Below are positions 13,062 through 24,667 of a stretch of DNA of 64,000 nt, piece after piece; position 1 is the stretch's first letter; the number at the start of each line of letters is the position of its first letter. The position numbers and the translations under genes were made by a program. The stretch spans positions 1,612,001-1,676,000 of the forward strand of contig OX337235.1 of assembly GCA_946965045.2 (NCBI GenBank), written 5' to 3'. The notes below the pieces were generated by a model. That model saw only the letters and a program-made list of their open reading frames with translations. It ran no database searches and had not been told where the DNA came from. The stretch is from Epithemia pelagica. Lineage: Eukaryota > Protista > Bacillariophyta.

Positions 13062-13487
13062 GGGTCAAGTCGATGCAATATCTCAAATCTTATGTTGTTG
13101 CTGCAACCGAAACTTTGAAAGAAGAAATTTATTTACAATGGAAGGCTTGAAGTCTATAATGTTGGATTGGTATGGGAACAAAGCACAACGGTTGACTTCG
13201 AGTTGTTAGCAGTGAGACACATGACAAGAACATAGTGTTGGATGCGTTATACTTCATAACAATACTAGGAGTAGGTCTTTTTGACAAAAGCAAAACTCAG
13301 AACACCTTAATAGGAAACTCCCTCAGCCCCTGGTACTGCCCTGTTTGAGTGGAGATGATGTCCTAAGAAGGAAAGGAGATACTTCGAGTCTACTAGCAGA
13401 GAGCAAAGACCAAAACTGGGTGAACTAAGTACCCAAGATATGTTTATGAACAGCTACTATCAACCCAATCTTGCCATCTTCGGATAT

Positions 13488-13982
13488 CTATTCCTCAGGA
13501 ATTTCAATCTCACCGTCATCAATTCCTGATTGGATATCTCGCGGGGATTCTCCGTTCACCGAGCAACCGATAGAGTTGCACGTTCCCAAAATCTCCTTGA
13601 CGGTTCCTGCCAATTTCTTGGCCATGGATCTGTCACGCATTTGGCGTGCAATATCGATCACTGCATCAAGAGTCAAGTTGCCATCGTGTTTGACATTCTT
13701 AACCTTCTTGCGGTCACGGACAGGTTCGTTCAACGCCTTCATGACGAGAGAAGAAGCGGACGGAATCATACTGACAGTAGCTTGACGGTTGACCACAGTC
13801 AACTTGACTGTTACGTTCAAGCCTTTCCAGTCCATTGTCGCCTTTTGAATATCTTCACCCACCTTCTTGGGAGAGAGACCCAAGGGACCAATCTTGGGCG
13901 CCAACGACGAGGCAGAACCAATTTCACCGCCGACGGTGCGCATAATCACAATCTTGACGTCATCGCTAGGAGGAGGGCCCAT
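13488..13982 (-). CDS. RPL12: 60S ribosomal protein L12 (uL11)
   Basis: [50 protein letters not shown]...[11 protein letters not shown]. Confidence 0.98.
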   Translation of the reverse strand: MGPPPSDDVKIVIMRTVGGEIGSASSLAPKIGPLGLSPKKVGEDIQKATMDWKGLNVTVKLTVVNRQATVSMIPSASSLVMKALNEPVRDRKKVKNVKHDGNLTLDAVIDIARQMRDRSMAKKLAGTVKEILGTCNSIGCSVNGESPRDIQSGIDDGEIEIPEE

Positions 13983-14505
13983 GGTGTTTATAGCCGATGT
14001 ACTGATTCAATTCGCTGCTCCGTTGATTAACTTGATCGCTAGAGTACGACAGACAACGACGACCCCTGTTTGATTTGTAATTCTTGGTGCAAACGGATAC
14101 TGGGTAGAAATCGAGTAAGGCGGTAAGCGGTAAACGGAAAAACTAGGAGTAGGAGTAGGAATAACACGAGACTACTCCTAGAGGAGTAGGTAGGAAATAC
14201 AACCAATGTAGTATTTTCTCCAGTAGGCTCTAGGTGAAGGCAGTAGACGAGGTTGTGGTATTGCGCGAGCACATAGTGGTATCTACACACTGCCCTCTTA
14301 GGACTACTGTGGTATATCATACAACCAACTGTCGTACTTTTGGCTGTTTTTTTAGGCCGTAAAAGACAACTAGTTTGACGCACATACTGTGGGTAAAAGT
14401 ACAGTCAATACAACCTTACAACCAACCATCACAAATTCAAGAGAGCAACAAAAGAGCAACAATCATCCCTACTGGCGAACAACAAATTTCTACAAGACAA
14501 ACAGG

Positions 14506-16698
14506 ATGCCTCGAACCAAGAATGACTACAAACCCTACCTTGTTGCAATGATGAGCCATCTGGATGGACGGACCTACAGCCAAGGAACGCAGTTCTCAAG
14601 GGAGCAGTTGTTGCGACTCAAACCAGTAGACATAGTGAGATGGATGAATTTCAAGACGTTTGGGGTTGATGATCCACCAATTGATGCCAATCCAACACAT
14701 GCACGCTCATCATCAATACTATATTGGAAGAAGGCCATTTCATCGTTCATGCCATGCCGACTTCCGCACTGGAATGAAGAATCTATGTCAGGCAACCCAA
14801 CAAAGTCCCAAGAGGTTAATGACCTTATCACGCGCGTGAGAAAGAAGGAAGTTCGCAAGCAAGGAGTTGAGTCGAAAGCTCGCCGTCCTTTGACCGAGGG
14901 TGAGTTCCGCCAGGTGCAGATCATCCTTCGAGAGAGTCCAGAGAATGGCCACATAACTCGGTATGGCATACCAGGTTTTGTGAATTTTCTAAGTCACATG
15001 ATTGCACGCCCTGACTGCGTGAGCCAGTGGAAAAAAGAGCTCCTAGAGCCACATGATGTTTATCCTGAGTTTGCTGTCAAGGCGCAACTCTCATGGGCTA
15101 AGAATGTGCAACAAGAGGGAGACGCACCATGGCAGATTGTTCTTGGCTCTCGGGATCCATTTTTCTGTGTTTTCATTGGCCTTGCCATATGGCTTGAGTT
15201 TTATCTATCAAGTCAATCGGGCCCTTTATTGACTCCCTATGTTTTCGCATTCACAACGGACACAAGAGTACCCAAAGGAGGTGAAGCAACAAATGACTAT
15301 GTCCGAGAAGTGCTGACCAAACTCTATGCCAGCAGTGAATTTGTTAGAGAGCGTGGTGGGCTATTGGGAGCTTATAGTATACGCAAATTTGGCTCAACAA
15401 GAGCTAGGCGAGGAGGTGCATCAAAGGATGAAAAGGACTATAGAGGTCGCTGGAAGAAGAATCGCCGCGTTTCGGATGTCTATGATGACGCTGAACTGCC
15501 ATACCCAGATGGCAAGGTTGCGGCATTGTTGTGTCCAGGAGGACCCTGCAGCTACCGAATCAAGACAAACAGTTGTGTCACGAATGATTGGATACTAGAT
15601 CATGTTGTGCCATCTATTGCTGGCTCTGTGTACGGAAGGACTTTAGCTACAATTTTGGGGAAGGCTCTTCTATGGGTAATTTTTTCAGACAAGAAACACT
15701 GGGTCCCTCCAGCAATTGTTGCCCGCGTAACTGATGCCTATAGAGAGCTTGTGGGTGAAGAGGATACATCAGGAGCCCTTGCTAATCCTGTGGAAAAGAA
15801 ACTTCTTGTTGTCACTGGTGATGACGCAACGCTTGTCATAACCGAAATCAATGCGACACCAGCTGCTGCATCACTTGGGGTTTCAACAGCTCCTGCACCA
15901 GCGCAAGACAATAATGTTGAAGGGCAAGCGCCCATTCCGAATGATGAACCACCCTTGCAGCAACCAGTTGTCTTGGGAGGACACATGGAGAGCCAGACTT
16001 CCCGGCAACTGCTTCATACGATTGTCAACCAACTCAACACAATCCAGTCTTCTATGTCAGCAATGGCTGAATCCATTGTAGAAGGAAGAGAAACTGACAG
16101 AGCAATGATGCAGAGTCAGTTTCGAATCGTTCACTCAAACATGCGCCGCATTTCTCAGGAACCACTCCGCCTCTTGCCTCGTGCAATACGAGGAAACAAT
16201 CAACAAAATGGAAATCAAAGAAACAATCATGCCAACAATAATAATGAGAACAATGCACCAGTATATCAGAATAATTTTGGAGGTAATGGTGCTGGTGGTG
16301 CTGTTCTTGCGGGTGGACAGCCACTTGGTGAGCAGCATGGTGCAGAAAATTTTGATGGTGATGCTGTCGGAGTGGCAAACCCACTAGTGCTTGCAGAGCT
16401 TTCTCCAACTCCAAGAAACTTGTACACTCTCTGGGAGGAATACATGGTAGGGATTGGTGGTAGAAAACCTGCAAGGATGTTTAGCAGACAGGAAAGAGGC
16501 CGGTGTAAGCACAAGTATCACAGAAGAAAAATTGTTTGGGATCGGATTGCACTGTTAATCAATGCTGGACTTACTTCACACATGGCCTGTGACAGAATTT
16601 ATGATGTGTATGGCCATGGAGCCACGGTCACAACAATCATCAATGCTCTCAAAAAAGATATTAGAGAGAATTCACTTGATGACAGGTTAAGAGTATGA
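14506..16698 (+). mobile_element. Crypton-like transposon ORF: tyrosine recombinase plus C-terminal GCR1_C-like domain; element ends not resolved
   Basis: Single-exon 730-aa ORF with GNPTKS.EVNDLI..V.KKEVR.QG..SKARRPL, IARPD (Arg), GAYSIRK, RGRWK, VSDVYDD (Tyr) and LSPTPRNLYTLWEEYMVGIGGRKPAR.F...ERG. Confidence 0.8.
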
Positions 16699-16752
16699 TT
16701 GTTGCTGCGGCTTCACCTGCAACTAGACTTTTATGTAATCTATGCTACCTGG

Positions 16753-16966
16753 GACAAAGTAGGTGTAATTGGAAAGGGCGGTAAAGATCTAGGTCACAAA
16801 GGAAGAGTAATTGGAAAGGGCGGTAAAGATCTAGGTAGGTGACAAAGGAGGAGTAATTGGAAAGGGCGGTAAAGATCTAGGTGACAAAGTAGGTGTAATT
16901 GGAAAGGGCGGTAAAGATCTAGGTGACAAAGTAAGAGTAATTGGAAAGGGCGGTAAAGATCTAGGT
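16753..16966 (+). repeat. Five tandem ~42-bp units with invariant 30-bp core GTAATTGGAAAGGGCGGTAAAGATCTAGGT
   Basis: Read directly; starts 55 bp after the recombinase stop codon. Confidence 0.95.
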
Positions 16967-17107
16967 ACATGGAGTATCTTGATTGATGAGGGGATAGCCT
17001 AGCAAGATATTGCCAGTAGGAAATCTCCGTACACCATACATACGAGAACTTGTGTACTGTCTCTACACGGTTGCACTATTTGTTGCATTCTTTCACACTA
17101 CCAAAGG

Positions 17108-17303
17108 AGTAGTAAGACTACTTCACGGTGATTCATTCCTTTAGAGTAGGGTCGCCCGGCGCGGAGGGTAAAATGACGAGAAGGGCATATGTTCGAGGAG
17201 GGCGCACGCCCAACAAGACATTTGCCCGTCTAGTCATTCTCCCGACAAGCCGGGCGCCCGACGAGGAAGGAATGAGAAATCACAGGGGAGTAATCTGCCT
17301 ACT
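17108..17303. other. ~196-bp imperfect palindrome (long stem-loop)
   Basis: Nested arms AGTAGTAAGACTAC/GTAATCTGCCTACT, GTGATTCATTCCT/AGGAATGAGAAATCAC, GTCGCCCGGC/GCCGGGCGCCCGAC, AATGACGAGAAGGGCATATGT/ACATTTGCCCGTCTAGTCATT; apex GGGCG-CA-CGCCC. Confidence 0.8.
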
Positions 17304-18545
17304 TTATATCTAGATATGTAGGTAGTGACTACCGCCCGGTTTTATTATGAGATGGGATGTCGCAGGGACATAATGTTCCTTCCATGATGTCGCGCGATTC
17401 GCACGATCACTACTTCCCGGCTCTACAATAAAATTCTACTGTAAAATAAAAATGTGAGACGAACTACCTGCATAGCTAGGTATATAGCTAGCAGTAGGAG
17501 TCCATAGTTGTTTCTGCCACTTTACCTCTCTACTCCTACATTCTTCGCTATTCCTATTTCCTCGATTGCAGGTTCTTATACGAAACAGGGACAACAAAAG
17601 ACGAGGAAGAAAGCAGGGACTGAGTTTCTGGTTGTAAGCCATATTTTCCCTCCACTACACCGTCTCGTATCGTGCATGCTTGTACTTCGCTGTACCCGAA
17701 CTCATGATGACTCACTGTTCGTTATGCGCACCTGTAGCCCTCCAGTGAGATTCTTTAACAAGATATTCGTAACGATTCATTGAGCACTAAGTTCCAGGAA
17801 AGAACGAGACCCGCACTGGTGAAGGAAGTTCTGGTGACACTATAGGTTCGTTTTCATTTAGAAGAAACAATATTTCCAAGAGATGTGACCTACTCATGAA
17901 TCAAGGCATCATATGTCGTAGTCTAGAGCGATGGAAGGAGCATTGGAAATCGTGGGTGCAATGTACAGGATCCGCGATATCTTTGAATCTATGTTCTTAA
18001 CGAACCGTTATTGGCAGGCCGCCTCTCCTCGAGGATCTGATCTGTATTGGCTTCTCAGAATGTCATTAAGACGACAAAAAAACAGCCCTAAATCCCATCC
18101 TTATTCTTCTAGCATAATGAAAGTGAGCTTCTCTTGCACGTTTGGGTTTTCGGTTGATTCCAGGTCTTTCAACAGCATGTCCTTTGAATGCATAGTTTAA
18201 ATTCTCATATATCCCCAGTGATCTTTTCCCATGTACAGTTCTGACAGCGTCTCCGACGCTTGTCCACAAGACGATGGATTCTCTTATAATAGCACCGCTC
18301 AAATTCTCGGATGATGAGGTAGGGTTTGTTTGTATAGATTGTGAAGCAATTTGTCATGCTCAAACGCGTATTCCCCATGGTCTTGTCAACTACAAGCGTA
18401 TTGCACTCCCTTCAAAAGATGAGAAATCAAACCGAAACTATTATTCATTTAGACCCAAGGAAAATCCTCTATTTTCATCTCCCTGCAAATGAGTTTTGGC
18501 CATAAAGTAGTATCGAAAATCGAAACCGATCGATGCGGAAGAAAT

Positions 18546-18989
18546 TTATTGACCTTTTGAGGGGGTTCCAGAATCCATCGAACAGAATCCAAGCAATCCC
18601 CACCCTCCAATCATGAGCAAGCCACCAATGGGTGTGGTCGGGCCCAGGATTTTTTTGGGGCCAATATCCAAACTCAGCAAATAAACGCTTCCACTAAACA
18701 TAAGGGAACCAATGCTCATTAAATATCCAACAGTTTCAAGTCGGGAAGCATTGGCCTTGACTGAACTTTGATTTTGATTTTGTTGCAGGTGCGAGTGCAG
18801 AGCTGCGACTCCCAGTATCGCAGTGGCATGAAAGAGATGGTAGAGATTGGCAGTGCGCCAGCTCTCCAATGTTCCTCGTTCCACCAATTTCTTGTGTAGT
18901 GCATGAGCTCCCAGAGCACCCAAGGCCACTCCAGTGGAGCCAAGGATCGAACTCAGCTGAAGCAACCGTTCCGTGGCCGAGTTCCCCAT
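18546..18989 (-). CDS. DUF423/TMEM256 (YgdD-like) small membrane protein
   Basis: GVALGALGAHAL...WRTANLYHLFH...GSLMFSGSVYLL...LGPTTPIGGLLMIGGW. Confidence 0.9.
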   Translation of the reverse strand: MGNSATERLLQLSSILGSTGVALGALGAHALHKKLVERGTLESWRTANLYHLFHATAILGVAALHSHLQQNQNQSSVKANASRLETVGYLMSIGSLMFSGSVYLLSLDIGPKKILGPTTPIGGLLMIGGWGLLGFCSMDSGTPSKGQ

Positions 18990-19175
18990 GGCGTATGGTG
19001 TGACCAATTTTTGGGTTCTTGGTTCTTGGCGTCGTCTTCTTCCCTTCATGTTGATCCGTCGCGCATCAATCGCTGATAAATATACGTTCTGGTAATACCG
19101 TCGTGATAATAGCCATCAAATTCAAACATTGAATAGGAGTAGAAGGCTTCGAACAGAGCAAGTGGTCTTGACGAA

Positions 19176-19702
19176 ATGGCGCTACCCAAATTTTCTAAAG
19201 CAGACACAACCCGTCTAATCAAGTTCGTGAGCTATGCGAAATTCAGCTTCAACCGTAAGGCGATGTCTCCCTGAATTGATAGAGTTCTGTGAGATTGTGC
19301 GGTCTGTCTGACAAGCGTGTGTATGTTGTTGTTTCTGTATTTACCACGCAACGCTGTCAAAACGATGCACATGGCTGTGAAACCAATTGATTCGTAGCCT
19401 TCGATGTTCGAGGTACAGCTGTGCAAGAGATAATGCAGCGCTTGATGGTCTCTCGATTTACGGAATCCAACCCCAAACTCAAGTACGACGTTGATACTCA
19501 TGCCCGCCCAACCGCTCCGTATCTTGAATTCAGGTTCATCGATGGAAGCAAATATGTTGTCGACCCCGCAGTAGATATCAAGATAGAGGACGTTTTAATG
19601 GAAATGAACCACAAGGCGGAAACCGTATTCTTCGAATTCCAACTCGATGGAAAAGATCCAGAAACAGATGCTATCTGGTACGATGAAAAATCTAACAGTT
19701 AG
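19176..19702 (+). CDS. Probable mitochondrial ribosomal protein mL53-like; exons 19176-19254 and 19398-19702
   Basis: Spliced MALPKFSKADTTRLIKFVSYAKFSFNPFDVRGTAVQEIMQRLMVSRFTESNPKLKYDV...PYLEFRFIDGS; GTAAG...TAG intron. Confidence 0.6.
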
Positions 19703-20192
19703 GAAAGATATCGGAGCAAATGAGAGGATGCTTTCATGAGTCAAATATTTTTTCACGAAAAGGTCTGTGAACAGTGAACATGAGTTTCAGTGAGAATCTT
19801 TTTCTTTTTTTCAACGAGCGCTTTCGTTGTGCAGGTGAATAGTGACAGTCTTCCAAATCATGATATCGTTTTTCGAGCACTAGATAGCTCTCATTTAACA
19901 CATTATGGGAGATGATCATTTCATCCCAACCGCCACGCTTCCTTATATGTTCTTTAAAGGATACGTTATGTTGTTGTCTCCAGAGCAACGCAGTTCTTTG
20001 CCATCGGAACACGAAGTTCCTGGTCGTATCACGCGTTTTTCATATTGGGAACGGCAGATATGTTCCAAGATTTTCCCTGCAGATAAGTGCCAAAGTGACG
20101 CTTTCTTAGCGTCATCGTGTCGCGCGTTCTCAGGTTTCGGAACGGGGGATATGTTCTGCGATTAAGTGCCAAGTTGACGCTTTCATCCAGAG

Positions 20193-22016
20193 TCATCGAC
20201 TTTGCATTCGAGCGATAACACTAGAGATGAACTCTTCCTGTTGAAGACTCTGTTTTTCTTCGAATGCCTGTAACAGTTGTGCAACGTACGATTGAAGCAC
20301 TTGATTATCAAGTTTCGCGATGGCCTTTGGACACGGTACAATTGACTCAGAGTTGACATATGGGTGGCAATATAACTCGATATTCTCACCCTGTCTGGTC
20401 TCCAAACGTTGGACGAAACGAGCCAACTTTGTCGTGCTCAAAAGAGACTGAATAACCTTCAATCCGTCCATCAGCAGCTTTGCCAAAAGGTGGTAATCTG
20501 CATCTCTGCCAGCTGAATTGTGGATTGACCTCTGCATCGTCATCATTTGTTGTCGTGCTCTGGTCAGAGGCATACTTTGACGCAGAAAACATGCACTTGT
20601 TGGAACCGTCTCATAACGGTTTGGATAAGCAAATTGGCAATCGGAATCACGCCTTGTTGCTTCCGATACGGCAAAATGCAGGACATTTTTGTAAGGGACG
20701 TGTCGCCCGAGGCACTCCCCGGATGGGATGGCCACCTGCAACGCAATGCCACTTTGAGCGGAATCTCTCAAAGTATCTGCGTGGACTTCGATCGCATGAT
20801 GCAAGAATGATTCAATGGTAGTCTTGCAGTTGTGTTGAATGCCAAACGATAAATGTACGCTTGGTCCTTGTATCGTTGGGTCATGCGTCACGGAGGAATC
20901 CGTTGCTTTGTTGCTAGTGGTGGAGGCATTGTGAATGAATCCACGGGGAATGTACAGTACACCACCCGGTCGCATCAAAAAGCTGTTATAGAAAGGCGTC
21001 TCCGTCAAGTCGTTTGCGGATGGCTAGTATCGTTGATCTGGTGTGCCGAGATATATCTGGCTTTCTTGTGCGACTGACCACACCTTTTGTCCTACTAACT
21101 GAACCACAAGAACATCCATTTCATCCCAATGGCTCTCAAATCCAGAGTTCCATTCCTCTGTTTCGTGCTCGTCGGGAGCTTGTGCCTCGGTAGTGGAGCT
21201 GTATACCTTTGGCTGTGGTGTGAGATACAAATTGCAGTTGACTTCAAAACAGGCGGTTTCCTCTTGAAGCTTTTTTGACATTTGAACAATAGGCTTCCAT
21301 CTTTTGTGCATATGATTGATGATCAAACTCCATCCATGTTCTTCACTGACGTATCGGATCAATTGTTCGGGTGGAAAATGCGACCCCTGAGGCATGGCAG
21401 TCCATTCTTGTCCGTCTTGCCATATCTTCCTCACGATACGATAGTCTTCGCCATGTTCCAGCATGACTCCGTCGCCTTGGGGATACAAGACAGAAAGTAC
21501 ATCTTGTAAAGAGAGGAGATCCTGACTAGACTTGAGACGCTCGAATCTCTGTGTTTGGTTACCAACATGGACAGTTGGAATGCGTTTTCTGCCTGGAACC
21601 TCACCATACTCGTCCTCGTAAAGAGACGACAAAAGTGGATGGATTTCCCATGCCCCGTCGAGGCTGTGATCAGGGAACAAATGATCCAACAATGGCAACG
21701 GTTCTTGACGATGACGAACTGGAGGGAATTCAGTCTCTGGCGACACCGACGTTGTTTTATTTGGTGATTCTTTTCTGGTATCCATGACAGTGTCAGTTTC
21801 TCTTCCTGATTTATTGAAAACGTATGGAATTGCCAAGGCAGTTGCAGCAACTAATGGAACGATTAGCGCCGAGAGAATCACCCATGGAAGAGCCCTCCAT
21901 GTTTCGGTAGTGCTCGTCGCAGTGGGCTCATGTCGATTGGCCTGCTCTTGTTTGTCCTTCTCCACCGACTTGTCTGCCTTAATGATCTCTTTCTTTACCT
22001 TTTTCTTTTGCTTCAT
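20193..22016 (-). pseudogene. JmjC/cupin-4 (NO66/MINA-like) oxygenase with N-terminal TM anchor, interrupted by an in-frame TAG at 21026-21024
   Basis: VNCNLYLTP, HWDEMDVLVVQLVGQKVWSV then QRY*PSANDLTETPFYNSFLMRPGGVLYIPRGFIHNA and SVHLSFGI; the two track ORFs are in the same frame. Confidence 0.8.
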
Positions 22017-22186
22017 GATGCAACTTGTGTGGACAGGGAGCATGACAAAAAGAGTGGGCGTTGGATTTTGGATTTGGATTGAGTACGGACATTTTTGTAC
22101 ACTACTATAATATAGCTTCGTTCCGAGTCATTCTTCCCCCCAAAGACAAAGATACCATTTCGGATGTGGTTTTGGGGATCTTGACC

Positions 22187-23819
22187 ATGGCAACTCGCGC
22201 CTTTTCCCTTGTCCTACTTTTCCCATGTTTGTGTTCATGCTTCCTCTCTCCGCCAAGGTGCGTCACTCGATCACCGGCTTGTCATGCTGCATTCAACTTT
22301 GAATTTTGCGAACGTTTTCTATTGTCGTATTGACTCGCTCATTCATTGTTTCCCTCGCAGTTACTTCCATGGTAGCGCCACCATTATTTGTAGGTCACAT
22401 GGCGCGACACAAGACGATCAGTCCACTGAAACAACCAGTGCGCATGTCAACTCCAAAAGGAACCATGGATTTGTCCGAGACATGATTGCGGATGTGAAGA
22501 AGGATTTCCAACGGATTGCCGAAGGCCATTGCAGCAAGGCCCGTGAAGAGCATCAGCTCATCGACATGTTGCACAAGAAAAGAAAAGACACTTTTGGAAT
22601 TTATTCGTCTCGATGGAGCGCTCTATTCGGCCCCGAACTATGCCAAAGGTAAGTTCGACGCGGTGTAGCTTCGACTTTCGACTAAAGTGATAAATTGGTA
22701 GGTGGGTCAGACGCAGGCACTGCTTTGTTGGAACTGTTTATGACATACTTCTTACCGCCTGTTTCGATTGTCAGTGCCTGTTGTTGGTGATATTGCGGAC
22801 AAGGTAATTGCATCCATGAATTCTTGTGGTCCACAAACTTGTTCGTCTCACAGTGGCTGGTGGAACATTTTTTGTAGCACACCTTTATGACGCGACAATC
22901 CGGATTCGTAGCCGTTTACTTGCGAGTCGAGGGCTATACATTTGATGTGTGCCAATACGGTTTGGCTGATGAAAACTTTGAAAGCAAGGGCATCAAACCC
23001 GAATTTGTAAAGGAGGGCCGCATAAAAATTCGCGGAGACCCCGATGGACATGAAAACTCGGATGCACATTTATTCATACCCTCACGTGTCCCTCCCGTTG
23101 AACCTCGAAAACGAAGGCCGTCACGACTCGAAGATTGGATCGACGACGAATCGGGCAAAGTGATTGGAAAAGTTTATGTCTATGACAGCTACACCATTCT
23201 CCAAAATCTCAAAGAGGCCATGGGAGATTTGACACGTCGTCGAGTCAATGCAATTGGAAGTGCATGTGGATTCATGGCTAATATCAACCGCCTTTGTGTC
23301 CGCGAGGCATCATATTTGGCCAATGGTGGAAATGCATGTATACCGTGTCTCATGTCGTCTCTATCTCTCATGCCGGTGGTCTTGTCCAGTGTCGTCGGAT
23401 CAGTTATTATTTTAACCGCAAATTCAGACTCGTTCATGCTCAACGAAGATAAATTGCTCCATAAAGATACACCCAGGGATCGTATCGTCATTTGTGGACT
23501 GCAAGATGTACCTGGTTTTGGAGCTCAAGTGGCGGCAGGCGAAACGGTTGACTACGATTTGGCCGTGAACGGAATTGTTCATGTGGTAAAAGTGGAATTG
23601 CAACGACAACGAGAACGCGGGGTCCATATAAGCGCACTCCTCAGTGAGTGCGCTGAATTGCCCGGCTATACCAACACATTACGTGAGAAATTTGATTTAC
23701 CTGTGTTTGACACCCTTTCTGGATGCAACATGATTATGCATGCCGTAATGGCCAGACCAGAATTGCACGAAGATCCTCATCACATTTTCTCTGCCTTTGA
23801 TCATTGGAAACGTGGATAG
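22187..23819 (+). pseudogene. Asp/Glu/hydantoin racemase-like protein with putative plastid targeting; +1 frameshift at ~22600; introns 22258-22393, 22649-22774, 22804-22877
   Basis: MATRAFSLVLLFPCLCSC-FLSP signal; removing one T gives FGIIRLD...VPVVGDIADKHTF..VEGYTFDVCQ; AIGSACGFM, ILTANS, GLQDVPGF, SECAELPGY, LPVFD. Confidence 0.65.
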
Positions 23820-24667
23820 GACAAGCAGAAAATCGAGAAACCAACCTGGTACATAGGTAGATTCGTCGCCGTCCGCCAAAACTATCATCATATCTTCGAG
23901 TTTGAACCTTTAGCAATTTCAGTTCATCGCCCTTCTTGAACGTTACCATAATACAGAAAAGTTAATGTAGCATCTGCAATGTTTGATTAAAGTCTCCCAC
24001 AGAACTATCCTACTCGAAGTCAAAGATGCACCATAGCGGAGATGCCTTTGCTTCATACGTGGGTATGTAGCAGCCACTACCCTTTTTGTACGAAAAATTA
24101 GACACATGGATCGCTCGTGGCTTAGTTATTCATTACGAATGCATAGATTAGTCGGGTAACAAAGCTAGAGGCTGTCCGAGACTTTAACGTCGCTTCCTCA
24201 CTTCCTTCATTATGGGACAATGGAGTAGCACACTCATCTTCAAGTGCGCGTCTGAGCGAGGAGCAATTTGCTTTATGGATTGTGGCGCTTAGGAAAAGCA
24301 TTGATAGAGAGAGTCGCCGCGCGTGATGAAAATGTCACACAAGAGTCCAGTGTACATGTGTACGAAGTAACACGAACCCCGTAACAAATTGAAACCTACT
24401 TTGAGTACTTTTAGCTCCATATATTCGACAAATAGATAGAGAGTGAGTAGTACCGGAGAAGAATAATCGAGCGCGCCGCCTGTAAATGATGTGACACAAT
24501 GTCAAGACAAAACACCAAAGTAGATTGGTCTCATCGTATCTCCACAAAATGGGAGTATCGAGGCATATTCGGCAGAGAGCGCTTCTTGGTTGCTCTCACC
24601 ATTTGTGGACAGATATTCAATCTAAAGCTTTCCATTAAAGCCATTGAGTTTTGAACGAGCTTTGAGT

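Noticed and set aside
16753-16966. CRISPR-like array
   Set aside because: The 12-16-bp linkers are variants of one sequence rather than unique spacers; there are no cas genes and the context is eukaryotic.
14040-17500. Defined Crypton termini (short direct repeats)
   Set aside because: No convincing terminal repeat pair could be found by eye; boundaries left open.
17800-18500. Short ORFs suggesting a degraded gene
   Set aside because: No consistent frame or recognisable motif.
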